Shown piece after piece: positions 42,205 to 50,984 of a stretch of DNA of 64,000 bases. Source of the DNA: Patescibacteria group bacterium (lineage in GTDB: Bacteria; Patescibacteriota; Microgenomatia; UBA8517); NCBI GenBank assembly GCA_041742135.1, contig JBGSJG010000004.1, positions 364,758 to 428,757 of the forward strand, read 5' to 3'. The translations under genes were made by a program, and so were the position numbers. The notes beneath the pieces were generated by a model that had not been told where the DNA came from, searched no databases, and saw nothing but the letters and a program-made list of their open reading frames with translations. How positions within the stretch are numbered: the first letter of the stretch is position 1; each line of letters starts with the position of its first letter.

Positions 42205-42287
42205 TTCAAAAAAAGTCAGCTTCTCTTGCCGACAGTGTAAATTTTAACAAATTAGCTTGGAGTTAGCAATCGCGTACAAGAAAATAT

Positions 42288-44039
42288 CTAGTCAAGTTCT
42301 TTTTCCTCAATTTCCTTTTTAATATATCCAATGAAAGTTTCAATTGAAAACGGTCCGTCTGCCTTCCCACTTCGGTGTCGCTCGGTTACGGTTTGATCTT
42401 TTTCTTCTTGATCTCCCAAAATTAACATGTATGGTACTTTTTCTGCTTGTGTGTCCCGAATTTTGGCTCCCAGTGTTTCGCTTCGCTCGTCAATCTCAAC
42501 TCTAATGCTATTCTCACGCAGTGTGTCAGCTACACTTTTTGCATATGCTAAGTTCCGATCGGTAATAGGTAGAATCTTGACCTGAACTGGCGAGAGCCAG
42601 ACTGGAAAAGCCCCTGCAAAGTGCTCAATTAAAATTCCGATAAACCTTTCAATTGATCCATAAATCACTCTGTGAACTACAACAGGGGTTTTCTCTATAC
42701 CATCCTTGTCGGTGTATTTGAGCTTAAATCTTGCTGGTTGCTGAAAATCGAGCTGTATTGTGCCCATTTGCCAATCGCGTCCTAGCGAATCTCTCATTAC
42801 GATGTCGATTTTTGGTCCGTAAAAGGCACCGTCCTTTTCGGCTACTAGGTAGTTGCCTTCCCCCACCGTATCATTTAGAATCTTTCGCAAACTGCTTTCT
42901 GCTTTGTTCCAAGTGTCGATATCGCCCAAGAAGCCATCGGGTCGCGTCCCCAGTCTTAATTTATATTGAAGCCCAAAGATGCCGTAAAAAAGCTCCGCGA
43001 TGTCTAGAATGTTTTTATATTCTTCTTCTATCTGATCTTCGGTAACAAAGTTGTGAGAATCATCTTGCCTAAATGAACGCACGCGAAGAAGTCCGTTTAA
43101 AGTTCCAGACATTTCATAACGATGAAGGACATCGCTATCTGAAAATCTTAGTGGCAGATCTCTATAACTTCTGTTTTTGCTTCCGAAAATAATCATCGCA
43201 TTTGGGCAATTCATTGCCTTAATGCCATATACTTCATTTTTTCCCATGTCAGCGATAAACATGTCGTTTTTATAGTGTTCCCAGTGTCCAGAAGTCTCCC
43301 ACAGTTCTTTCTTGTTAATTATTGGCGTAGCTGTTTCATGGTATCCGCGTTTGGCATGCTCTACTCTCCAAAATTCAAGCAAAGTATTTAACAGAATCAT
43401 TCCTTTTGGTAGCCAGTAAGGGCTTCCAGGGGAAGTTTCATGAAACATAAAAAGATCTAATTGCGGACCCAATTTTTTGTGGTCTCTTTTTTTGGCTTCT
43501 TCTAGCATATTCATATGGTCATCCAATTCTTGTTTTGTTGGGAATACTGTGCCGTAAATGCGCGTAAGCATGGTATTTTTCTCATCTCCCCTCCAATATG
43601 CTCCTGCGATGGACAATAACTTGAAGTGCTTAAGCTCGTCATCTGGGTGCATAACGTGCCCTCCGCGGCAGAGGTCCCAATAGTCTCCTGATTTGTAGAA
43701 AGTTAAAACTTCTCCCTTGCCTGCAAACTCGTCGATAAGCTCGTGCTTATAATTATTTCCGGGATATTCTTTTTTGGCGTCTTCGGCGGATAATTCGTGG
43801 CGTTCAAAACCTTTCCAGCTTTTAAGAATTTGGCGCATCGTATCCTCAATTTTGGGCAAATCTTCATCGGATATTTTGGTGTTACCAAAGTCAAAGTCAA
43901 AGTAAAAGCCATTATCGATTGCTGGGCCTATCGTGCGCTTCGCCCCTGGCCATAACTCCATTACAGCGGCCGCTAATAAATGCGCCGTTGAATGGCGAAG
44001 ATTGTCTAAGTATTCTTTTGATTTTTTGTCCGTACTCAT
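42288..44039 (-). CDS. thrS: threonyl-tRNA synthetase (lacks N-terminal TGS domain)
   Basis: HSTAHLLAAAVMELWPGAKRTIGPAIDNGFYFDFDF (N2 editing domain) with class II catalytic and anticodon-binding domains. The track ORF starts at 44108, but the ATG at 44039 (MSTDKKSKEYLDNLRH) fits ThrRS N-termini and leaves room for a leader. Confidence 0.85.
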   Translation of the reverse strand: MSTDKKSKEYLDNLRHSTAHLLAAAVMELWPGAKRTIGPAIDNGFYFDFDFGNTKISDEDLPKIEDTMRQILKSWKGFERHELSAEDAKKEYPGNNYKHELIDEFAGKGEVLTFYKSGDYWDLCRGGHVMHPDDELKHFKLLSIAGAYWRGDEKNTMLTRIYGTVFPTKQELDDHMNMLEEAKKRDHKKLGPQLDLFMFHETSPGSPYWLPKGMILLNTLLEFWRVEHAKRGYHETATPIINKKELWETSGHWEHYKNDMFIADMGKNEVYGIKAMNCPNAMIIFGSKNRSYRDLPLRFSDSDVLHRYEMSGTLNGLLRVRSFRQDDSHNFVTEDQIEEEYKNILDIAELFYGIFGLQYKLRLGTRPDGFLGDIDTWNKAESSLRKILNDTVGEGNYLVAEKDGAFYGPKIDIVMRDSLGRDWQMGTIQLDFQQPARFKLKYTDKDGIEKTPVVVHRVIYGSIERFIGILIEHFAGAFPVWLSPVQVKILPITDRNLAYAKSVADTLRENSIRVEIDERSETLGAKIRDTQAEKVPYMLILGDQEEKDQTVTERHRSGKADGPFSIETFIGYIKKEIEEKELD

Positions 44040-44181
44040 AAGTAATAATACCCTTATGAGAGGACGATTTGAAGAGCTCGCGATGAGCTTGTCGAATCGT
44101 GGTTCCACCCCCCTTAATTCTCTTTGATTCGTACGTGAATCACTCGTTTGCTCCCCAGTTGGTGAGTCTGGATCAAAGCTA
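44040..44181 (-). promoter_or_regulatory. putative ultrashort T-box leader (threonine specifier ACC) upstream of thrS
   Basis: Minus-strand leader carries a short hairpin CCAG-ACUCACCAA-CUGG with ACC followed by A in the loop, nested in a CUUUGAU/AUCAAAG stem. It also has AAUUAAGGGGGGUGGAACCACG, matching the T-box core AGGGUGGNACCGCG with the UGGNACC bulge, followed by the hairpin AGCUCAUCGCGAGCU. Confidence 0.4.
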
Positions 44182-44186
44182 TGTTT

Positions 44187-44214
44187 ATTATACAGCCGTA
44201 ATGTGAATTATCAA
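44187..44214 (-). promoter_or_regulatory. sigma70-like promoter for thrS leader (TTGATA, 16-nt spacer, TATAAT)
   Basis: Minus-strand reading: CTTGTCTTGATAATTCACATTACGGCTGTATAATAAACA. Confidence 0.45.
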
Positions 44215-44220
44215 GACAAG

Positions 44221-44568
44221 TTATGCGTCTGGGGGATCCCCTGCAGGACCGCCATCGGCCGTTTTAATTCCAACGATAACATCTTTTACTCCAGCCTCGC
44301 TTAATTTAGAAATAAGCGATTCTCTTGCCTCGTGAGATGTATCAAGAGGCAAATTGATAAACATTGGGGCATCTGGCATTCCTTCTTCGACTTTGTCGTT
44401 TTCGTAAACTACATTTTCGTAAGCGATTCCTGCTTCTTCAAGAATTATTGGCAACCCATGTTCCATATTTGGAATCATTACATTTCTAGCTACAAGGCTT
44501 TTTGGATCATTGACGTACTCATCAAGTTGTCTTCTTAATTCAAGGTAGTGTGCGGGTTCTTCTGGCAT
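44221..44568 (-). CDS. hypothetical protein (115 aa)
   Basis: ORF track entry. Acidic, with no motif. Confidence 0.35.
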   Translation of the reverse strand: MPEEPAHYLELRRQLDEYVNDPKSLVARNVMIPNMEHGLPIILEEAGIAYENVVYENDKVEEGMPDAPMFINLPLDTSHEARESLISKLSEAGVKDVIVGIKTADGGPAGDPPDA

Positions 44569-44600
44569 TTGTAAATTTTAACAGATCAACGAGGGAAATT

Positions 44601-44858
44601 CTACCTTCCTAAGGCATCTAGTGTAGCCTCCACTATAGAAGCAATCGCTGAGCCGATTATTGGTAACGTCTCAGCTTGTGATAATACAAAAACCAACACT
44701 GTAGTTACAATCGCAAAGCCAATGGACACTCCAATGGACCAGAAGATTCCTTTAACCATCCCCTCTTTTGCATAAGTCCAAAATTCTTTTTTGGTCATAC
44801 TTAATTCTAGACGATTTAGCTCCTCAGTGCCATAATCGGATGGAAGTAACTTGTGCAT
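44601..44858 (-). CDS. hypothetical small membrane protein (85 aa)
   Basis: ORF track entry with two transmembrane helices. Confidence 0.3.
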   Translation of the reverse strand: MHKLLPSDYGTEELNRLELSMTKKEFWTYAKEGMVKGIFWSIGVSIGFAIVTTVLVFVLSQAETLPIIGSAIASIVEATLDALGR

Positions 44859-44860
44859 AT

Positions 44861-45349
44861 ATGACAGAGACTCGAGATGATTCAGTAGAAATGCCTTTCC
44901 GCGACGCTATTCGCGCCGGGGTAGACATTTTTAAAGATGGAGATTTAGTGAAATTTGTAAGAATCGGCAGGATTGAAGCTGAACGTATGGCTTTACGCCA
45001 AGGTAAAAAATTGCCTGATGACTTGCCGGAAGGAGATATTATTCTTTTTGGTGATCAAAAAGCGTTTCATAAGGAAATTTTGGGATCCAATATTGGAATT
45101 AGACTTGAACACCCCGACGTGGTCCGTAGTATTAAATGTAAAGATGCTGGTTATTTAGTGAAACGACCAGACGGTTGTAAGGTATTTGCAACATCAGGCG
45201 AATTGGGTTTGGGTGAAGGCGGCGATTTTGCTTCTATGGCCAAAGAGGAGCGATACGCATTGCATGAACAAACAGCGCAAGTGCTTGAAAGAATATTTGA
45301 AGATACGGGCAAAGCGCAAAGTTTTAGTGCATTACACGATAAATTTTAA
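44861..45349 (+). CDS. hypothetical protein (162 aa from the ATG at 44861)
   Basis: The track ORF (TTG start at 44768) overlaps the convergent gene. The internal ATG at 44861 (MTETRDDSVEMPF) removes the overlap. Confidence 0.35.
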   Translation: MTETRDDSVEMPFRDAIRAGVDIFKDGDLVKFVRIGRIEAERMALRQGKKLPDDLPEGDIILFGDQKAFHKEILGSNIGIRLEHPDVVRSIKCKDAGYLVKRPDGCKVFATSGELGLGEGGDFASMAKEERYALHEQTAQVLERIFEDTGKAQSFSALHDKF

Positions 45350-45363
45350 TGGCTTACAAGGTG

Positions 45364-47091
45364 TTAATTGTTTGTCTGTAAATTCCAAAGATGTTTGTAA
45401 AGGCTTTTCTCTCGGCTAATTAGCTCCCCGTGTGTTCCGATTTCTTTAATCTTCCCCCGCTCAAGAACTACTATTTTGTCCGCTTTCATGACGGTACTGA
45501 GCCTATGCGCAATCACGATCGTAGTCTTGTTCTTTGCAGCTTTCCAAAATGCGTCCTGAATTAGCCTTTCTGATTCACTATCCAAGTGGCTTGTGGCCTC
45601 ATCAAAAATAATAATATCCGGATCAGCCAAAATCATTCGAGCAATTGCCACGCGCTGTTTTTGACCGCCTGAAAGCTTGATTCCACGTTCTCCCACATTT
45701 GTTTCGTACCCTTCTGACATGCTTTCAATAAACTCATGGATATTGGCCATCTTAGCTGCGGCAACTAGCTCTTCTCGACCACATTCTGGTTTTGCATATT
45801 TGATGTTATATCCAATGGTGTTATTGAATAAAATTGGTTCCTGGGGAAAGACACCCATGTGGCTTCGAAGATCTTGTTTGGTAAGGCGCGAAATATCAAT
45901 CCCGTCGATGGTAATTTTCCCTCGCTTTATATCGTAAAAGCGCATCAAAGCTTTTGTAAATGTAGTTTTTCCCGATCCACTTCGCCCAACTAAAGCGATA
46001 GATTGCCCCTGCCTGATATTCAAATTAATTCCGCGCAATGCATAATTTTGGCCGCCTTTGTAGCTAAAATAAACATCGTTAAATTCTATTTCCCCTCTCA
46101 CTTTAGTAAGTGAAACCGGTTTTAACGGATCTTTTACTTTAATTTCCTCGGCGATAATTTTGAAATACTTATCAATGTCAACAAAGTTTTTAAATATTTC
46201 TCGGAAGCCAAAAACTAGCTCAAACATCTGAGGATAAAAAGAAGCTGTGAACGCAGCGACCAAAACAAACTCACCAATATCTAGCTCTCCTGTTGCCGCG
46301 AGTCTGATCGAAACAAAAAGTGTCGAGAATATTCCTGCGGTCATTATCCCGCCGACGCCAATATCGATTACCCTATAAGACATTTCATACGCCCACAGGC
46401 GCTTCATCCATATTTTGAAGGCATCGCTTAATCGCTTTCTTTCCCAGTTTTCTTTGGCAAAGAGCTTCACAGTTTCGTAATTCATAAAATTATCAACGAT
46501 AACTCCTGAAACGTCATCCTCAGCATCATTAAATTCCGAGCGTTTTCTGATGTTGTAGCCTATGACGAGCTTGAGAATCGCGAACAAAGCCAAGACGGAT
46601 ACCACCATCGTGGCGCCTATTCGAAGATCAAGTGAAGACAAAAACGCGAGCATTACTAGAAATTCAATTAAGACGTTAATTATTCGAAAATGAATTGTGT
46701 GGAAAATATTAAAATATGCTCCATCTCCGCGCTTGACGGCGCTTATTAGCGAACCTGTGCTTTTACTTGTATGAAACGCAAAATCCAAATCTTGCACTCT
46801 TTTAAAAACCGCGGTTCGAGCATCCACTGCAGAGCCAAATACGACTTTGGCGCCTAATGTGTAAGAAATCATACTTACCACAAGCCCAGCTACTCTGACT
46901 GCAATATATATTCCTAGAATTTGCATCAGTTTTTGCCCATCAAGAGACGGTAGGGCGTCGACAAACAACTTGTAAAAATATGGCAAGATGCTTCCTAGAA
47001 GAGCTCCAGAAATTAAGGACACAATAAACAACCCAAAAAAAATCTTTTTTCGGGCCAAAAAGCCGTAATATGTTTTAAGAATATTTAGCAT
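45364..47091 (-). CDS. ABC transporter, fused permease/ATP-binding exporter (MsbA-like)
   Basis: Six-transmembrane N-terminal domain, Walker A GRSGSGKTT, the ABC signature LSGGQKQRVAIAR and Walker B IIIFDEATS. The start was moved to the ATG at 47091 (MLNILKTYY) because the track start at 47148 overlaps tRNA-Ala. Confidence 0.85.
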   Translation of the reverse strand: MLNILKTYYGFLARKKIFFGLFIVSLISGALLGSILPYFYKLFVDALPSLDGQKLMQILGIYIAVRVAGLVVSMISYTLGAKVVFGSAVDARTAVFKRVQDLDFAFHTSKSTGSLISAVKRGDGAYFNIFHTIHFRIINVLIEFLVMLAFLSSLDLRIGATMVVSVLALFAILKLVIGYNIRKRSEFNDAEDDVSGVIVDNFMNYETVKLFAKENWERKRLSDAFKIWMKRLWAYEMSYRVIDIGVGGIMTAGIFSTLFVSIRLAATGELDIGEFVLVAAFTASFYPQMFELVFGFREIFKNFVDIDKYFKIIAEEIKVKDPLKPVSLTKVRGEIEFNDVYFSYKGGQNYALRGINLNIRQGQSIALVGRSGSGKTTFTKALMRFYDIKRGKITIDGIDISRLTKQDLRSHMGVFPQEPILFNNTIGYNIKYAKPECGREELVAAAKMANIHEFIESMSEGYETNVGERGIKLSGGQKQRVAIARMILADPDIIIFDEATSHLDSESERLIQDAFWKAAKNKTTIVIAHRLSTVMKADKIVVLERGKIKEIGTHGELISREKSLYKHLWNLQTNN

Positions 47092-47116
47092 ATAAATAGA
47101 AAGGGAAGAATTATTG

Positions 47117-47188
47117 TGGACCCGGGGAGAATCGAACTCCCATCCCATGACTGCCAGCCACGTATCCTAGCCGTTGAACGACGGGCCC
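47117..47188 (-). tRNA. tRNA-Ala (anticodon GGC)
   Basis: Manual fold: acceptor GGGCCCG/CGGGTCC with the G3:U70 Ala identity pair, anticodon stem CGTGG/TCATG, loop CTGGCAG, T-arm GGGAG-TTCGATT-CTCCC and discriminator A. The CCA tail is not encoded. Confidence 0.8.
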
Positions 47189-47221
47189 AAAGTTATTTAT
47201 TTTATCACGCGATACCTGCTT

Positions 47222-47854
47222 TTACATTAAGGACAGAAGATGTTGGCGTGTTGCATGAATCAAAAGTCCTGCGGATGTTTTACAAGGCTCAACATGGAGG
47301 AATGTACTACCTGAGACCATCGACATTCTTTCGTGGGCATGTTCAGTAGATTCGCTACGGGGATTATGAGCTTGAGGTAAGCAATTTTCAGACGGAACCA
47401 TTGCTAATAGAAAATGGTTTCTTGCTCTGTTGTCGGATTTAACTGGAAGAAGGATCAATTCAGCCTCGTAGGTATGTCCACTCTCAGGTCTCATTAATCT
47501 AGCAAATACTCTGCCTTCAAGATCGCGTACAATCGAATATTCTCCATCGTCGATATCCAATTTACCTTCAACAATTTCTGTCGCGAGCCGCTTAAAAACC
47601 TCAGGTTCAGGTCTGGGATCGTTTATAATTACCTCCGGGACAAGTTGCGCTGACCGTCTACCGTCATCTAGTGTCCGTATTGTCCACGGGTTTCTGCGCG
47701 GTTGGGCATTAGGATCATTCTGAATTACCTCGATCTGGTCCTCGGGGCGTGATAAAAATCGCCTAACATAACAACTAGCGGAAACATACCGCTCCTCTGT
47801 TGTCAAAGGCTCTATCTCAGGGCCTTCTTCGAAGTAAGAAAAACGCTCACTCAT
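47222..47854 (-). CDS. hypothetical protein (210 aa)
   Basis: ORF track entry with no motif. The C-terminal 50 aa are low-complexity and may be an over-extension. Confidence 0.35.
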   Translation of the reverse strand: MSERFSYFEEGPEIEPLTTEERYVSASCYVRRFLSRPEDQIEVIQNDPNAQPRRNPWTIRTLDDGRRSAQLVPEVIINDPRPEPEVFKRLATEIVEGKLDIDDGEYSIVRDLEGRVFARLMRPESGHTYEAELILLPVKSDNRARNHFLLAMVPSENCLPQAHNPRSESTEHAHERMSMVSGSTFLHVEPCKTSAGLLIHATRQHLLSLM

Positions 47855-47891
47855 ATGTCCTATAGTAACATATTTTAGCTAAAAAATGAAT

Positions 47892-48299
47892 TTATTTTGT
47901 TAAAAACTTATTAGCTACAACTCCGGCAAGGCCAAAAGCGATAGCAGAAGCAATTGTATCTGTGGGGATAACTGCCAAGGGCCAAACTGGAAGCAGAAAA
48001 ACATTTGATAAACCAATGTGTAAAAACAAGATTCCTCCGAAAAATGCGCCTATGAGAAATGACTTTTTAGGATCTTTGTTGGGAGCAAGATTTTTGATTA
48101 AGTACAAAAGAGCTGCGTTAAGAATTAGATAATCCAGTAACATCGCTTGCATTGGCGGAACTCCTTCTCGGTTGGTAATTCCTGCAAGATGAGCATCATT
48201 CCAGCCTCGGAGCAAAAACCCATGAAGAATCATGTTGCCAAGAAATATTGCTACAAAAGTAACAAGATACGCCTTAACAGTTTTAGCCTCAAGCCTCAT
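47892..48299 (-). CDS. hypothetical membrane protein (135 aa, 4 TM)
   Basis: ORF track entry with hydrophobic segments. Confidence 0.4.
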   Translation of the reverse strand: MRLEAKTVKAYLVTFVAIFLGNMILHGFLLRGWNDAHLAGITNREGVPPMQAMLLDYLILNAALLYLIKNLAPNKDPKKSFLIGAFFGGILFLHIGLSNVFLLPVWPLAVIPTDTIASAIAFGLAGVVANKFLTK

Positions 48300-48343
48300 G
48301 CTTTATTGTAACATAAGTCACGAAGATAGTTGAGGGTTTAATG

Positions 48344-48417
48344 TGGACGCTAAGGGACTCGAACCCCTGACCCCTTTCACGTCAAGAAAGTGCTCTAGCC
48401 AACTGAGCTAAGCGTCC
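48344..48417 (-). tRNA. tRNA-Val (anticodon GAC)
   Basis: Manual fold: GGACGCT acceptor pairing with AGCGTCC, D-arm GCTC-AGTTGGCTA-GAGC, anticodon stem CTTTC/GAAAG with loop TTGACGT, and a GGTTCGAGTCC T-loop. Confidence 0.85.
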
Positions 48418-48453
48418 AGTACGTGCTATTATATAACACGTACAATTTAGGCG

Positions 48454-48699
48454 CTACTCCAACACATTAGTTGCATCGGTCGTTCGTCCAGCACCTTCTA
48501 CTCTCGGGTAGACTGGCCTGTACGAAGGTAATACAACTGGACGGTCGAATTGTCCTGGCACTGCTGCCGTTGGCTTGACTTCGGATTGTACTTTTCTCAA
48601 CTGAGTCTCTGGTAATGCAGCAACCACTCGCGGATCACCTCCGAACTCTTCTGTTACTAAATCGCTTATAAATTTTGCTTCAGCTGTCATATTTTTCAC
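48454..48699 (-). CDS. hypothetical small protein (81 aa)
   Basis: ORF track entry. Pro/Val-rich, with no motif. Confidence 0.3.
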   Translation of the reverse strand: MKNMTAEAKFISDLVTEEFGGDPRVVAALPETQLRKVQSEVKPTAAVPGQFDRPVVLPSYRPVYPRVEGAGRTTDATNVLE

Positions 48700-48741
48700 C
48701 CCCTTAAACCAATAAGCAAGCTTGTTGTCGCTTCGCTCAAA

Positions 48742-48779
48742 TAAAAAAACCTCTCTGACGAGAGGTTTTGGTCTTTTTG
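48742..48779. terminator. bidirectional rho-independent terminator
   Basis: AAAAAAA-CCTCTC-TGAC-GAGAGG-TTTTGGTCTTTTT: a stem flanked by an A-run and a T-run. Confidence 0.6.
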
Positions 48780-48796
48780 TTGTTTTGGCTTATGTT

Positions 48797-48894
48797 ATAT
48801 TTCTCTCATCAGATGAAAGCCCTCTCCTGTAAGGAGGAGGGTAATCATGATGATTGTGAGAGAAATATTTATCATGTTTGTGCGTGGATTATAG
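48797..48894 (+). other. structured inverted-repeat element with a strong Shine-Dalgarno and a 15-codon mini-ORF
   Basis: Perfect 12-bp inverted repeat ATATTTCTCTCA (48797-48808) and TGAGAGAAATAT (48857-48868), with an inner hairpin CCCTCTCC-TGTAA-GGAGGAGGG. The sequence GGAGGAGGGTAATC precedes ATGATGATTGTGAGAGAAATATTTATCATGTTTGTGCGTGGATTATAG (MMIVREIFIMFVRGL). Confidence 0.3.
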
Positions 48895-48895
48895 C

Positions 48896-49516
48896 TTAGC
48901 CTGCAGATCTTTGCAAATAATGCTCACCTGAAAGTAGATACTTGGCTCCGTGTTTTTTGTAATTTGCTCCCCACATGTTTTTCTTGGCAGCGCGCTTGTT
49001 GGCGCTGGCAAGCCACACACTAGCTTTCTCAATCTTTTTACGGTAAGACTTAATAAATTCAAAGATTCTCTCCAAAAAGTAAAGCTCGTATACTGACTCT
49101 GAGGCTGGAGCCTGAAACGAGGCAATTTTGACTTCCTCAGCTAAAGCGATGGTAGCTTTCGCTGCCTTTTGAATTTCCTCGTGAATAGCTTTAATTTGGA
49201 CACGAAGCTCGGCTGTTCTTCTGGCCACGAGCGTTTCATCTTCTTGTCTGAGCCTTCGCTCCAGCAGATACATTTTTTTAAGCTTGTCGTCTTCTGAAGC
49301 TTCACCGCTATAAACGCGTTTTAGCTCTACTGACTGGCCGGGCATTATCTCACCTGAGAAGTTCTTTTTAGCTCGAAGTTCGCGGCCAAAAACTTGTTTT
49401 ATGATCTCAGCAGGCATTGGCTCAAGCAGATCTTGTTTTGCTTGTTGGCCTGCATCACGCAATAGTTCAAGAGGATTCGCGAAAGGTTTTTTTTGGTTCT
49501 GCTTCGTAGAACTCAT
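48896..49516 (-). CDS. hypothetical protein (206 aa), charged/coiled-coil-like
   Basis: ORF track entry. It precedes the trigger factor gene. Confidence 0.4.
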   Translation of the reverse strand: MSSTKQNQKKPFANPLELLRDAGQQAKQDLLEPMPAEIIKQVFGRELRAKKNFSGEIMPGQSVELKRVYSGEASEDDKLKKMYLLERRLRQEDETLVARRTAELRVQIKAIHEEIQKAAKATIALAEEVKIASFQAPASESVYELYFLERIFEFIKSYRKKIEKASVWLASANKRAAKKNMWGANYKKHGAKYLLSGEHYLQRSAG

Positions 49517-50361
49517 ATTGATGCCAGTTTATCAAGAACTTTTCTTTTAATCAAAAAGGAATTAACTGTACTTTTTTGCTCAGCCGAAATGGATTTCGGG
49601 CTCGCCGCATTTGCTATTTTCATAAATTCATCAGCTTCGGCATCACTGACTTCCATCTTTTCTTTTTGGGCAATTGCACCCAGCACAATATCAATTCTAA
49701 TAGCACTTTCAGCTTGTGCGCCGTATTCTTCACGCAAGGCTTCGCTAGTTTTATTAATAGAGGCTAAGTAAGACTCTAAGCTTAAGCCCAGTTTCTCAAG
49801 CCTCTCCAAAAGCGAGGCTAGTCTTGAATTAACCTCTTCCTCGATTAGTATTTTGGGAATGGCAAAGGTGTAGGCTGTCTGAAGTGCTTCGAGTGCCAAA
49901 TTCTCTTTTTGTTCTGGTGCTGGTGCTTTTTCTTCTTTGGCGAATCTCTCTTTGATTACTTTTTGGTAATCTCCAAGTTCAAATTCAGGTAATTCTGCTG
50001 TAGTTGCTCGCACCTCCCAGTCTTCGTTTTCGTGAGCGTGCAGTAGCTCAAATTTGGGGTACATTGCAGGAGTTAATTTATTGGCAACAATCGCGTCCGC
50101 AAAAAGCTTGGGAAGTATCTTTGCCATTGTCTTTTCGATTACATATTGTGGGTCAAGCCGTTCGCGAGCTTTGTCCACTGGAGCCATGCCGCGTCTGAAG
50201 CCGGGAACTTCTACGTTTTTCGCCAACTCTTCAAGCGTTTCGTTCCTTTTAATGTCAATTTCGTCCCATGGGATTGTGAAAGTTAGCTGTAATGTGCCAC
50301 TACCATCCCGAGACAAAGGAGTTGTCTTTTGGGCGGATTTACCGGTCTTTTTGGTTGCCAT
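49513..50361 (-). CDS. tig: trigger factor, short form lacking PPIase domain
   Basis: LQLTFTIPWDEIDIKRNETLEELAKNVEVPGFRRGMAPVDKARERL matches the ribosome-binding N-domain, including the GFR(K/R)G motif. At 282 aa it is too short to include an FKBP domain. Confidence 0.65.
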   Translation of the reverse strand: MATKKTGKSAQKTTPLSRDGSGTLQLTFTIPWDEIDIKRNETLEELAKNVEVPGFRRGMAPVDKARERLDPQYVIEKTMAKILPKLFADAIVANKLTPAMYPKFELLHAHENEDWEVRATTAELPEFELGDYQKVIKERFAKEEKAPAPEQKENLALEALQTAYTFAIPKILIEEEVNSRLASLLERLEKLGLSLESYLASINKTSEALREEYGAQAESAIRIDIVLGAIAQKEKMEVSDAEADEFMKIANAASPKSISAEQKSTVNSFLIKRKVLDKLASI

Positions 50362-50545
50362 CGGGCAATTATATCATATTAGCCCTTGTGCTGGGTCTTG
50401 AAAGTGCTGGGGTTAAAGCCTGTTCTTGCTCCGCCACCTTTGAAGTTCTGGTTTTTGATAAAACTGCTAGTCCTAAAGCCTAAAATAGCACCCGGTTTGC
50501 TTTTACTTTTTGAATAACTTTGTGGTTCTTTTTTGTCACTCATGG

Positions 50546-50953
50546 CTATTTTGCAAGCTTGTGAAAAAACATATTAACTAAAGCCAGTAGAAGCGATGAG
50601 ATTGCAGCAGTTACAAAACTGTCGATTTCAAATCCAGGTACAATTTCTGCGGCCACCATCAAAAGCAAGACGTTTACAATAAAGGCAAAAATTCCGAGCG
50701 TAAGGACGGTAAGAGGCAGTGCAATAATTTGGACCACGGGGCGCACAAACATGTTAATTACTCCAAGGACTATCGCCGCGACGAGAGTTGCCCCGAGAGT
50801 TTCAAGAGTAAAGCCTTCAATTAGGTAATCGACCACTAAAAGAGCAATAACATTTGCACAAATCCTGCCAAAAAGCTTAATTAGGCGGTCGCTTTCATCA
50901 GGGAGGTCGTGATCATCCAAGCGCTTTAGATTTTCAATTTTTGACTTTGCCAT
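50546..50953 (-). CDS. holin-family-4 / YvlD-like membrane protein
   Basis: LGVINMFVRPVVQIIALPLTVLTLGIFAFIVNVLLLMVAAEIVPGFEIDSF resembles the Phage_holin_4_2 / DUF360 family. Confidence 0.5.
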   Translation of the reverse strand: MAKSKIENLKRLDDHDLPDESDRLIKLFGRICANVIALLVVDYLIEGFTLETLGATLVAAIVLGVINMFVRPVVQIIALPLTVLTLGIFAFIVNVLLLMVAAEIVPGFEIDSFVTAAISSLLLALVNMFFHKLAK

Positions 50954-50984
50954 ACCCCAATAATGAAGAATTCGTGTTCAAATG

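Noticed and set aside
47116-47349. Track ORF 47116-47349(+) of 77 aa, and the N-terminal extension of the ABC transporter ORF up to 47148
   Set aside because: Both overlap tRNA-Ala (47117-47188). The transporter start was moved to the ATG at 47091, and the plus-strand ORF is a by-product of the tRNA sequence.
50546-50953. Holin-family-4-like membrane protein as a sign of a prophage
   Set aside because: No phage structural, integrase or terminase genes are nearby. The neighbours are trigger factor and a hydrolase, and the YvlD/DUF360 family is widespread in non-phage contexts.
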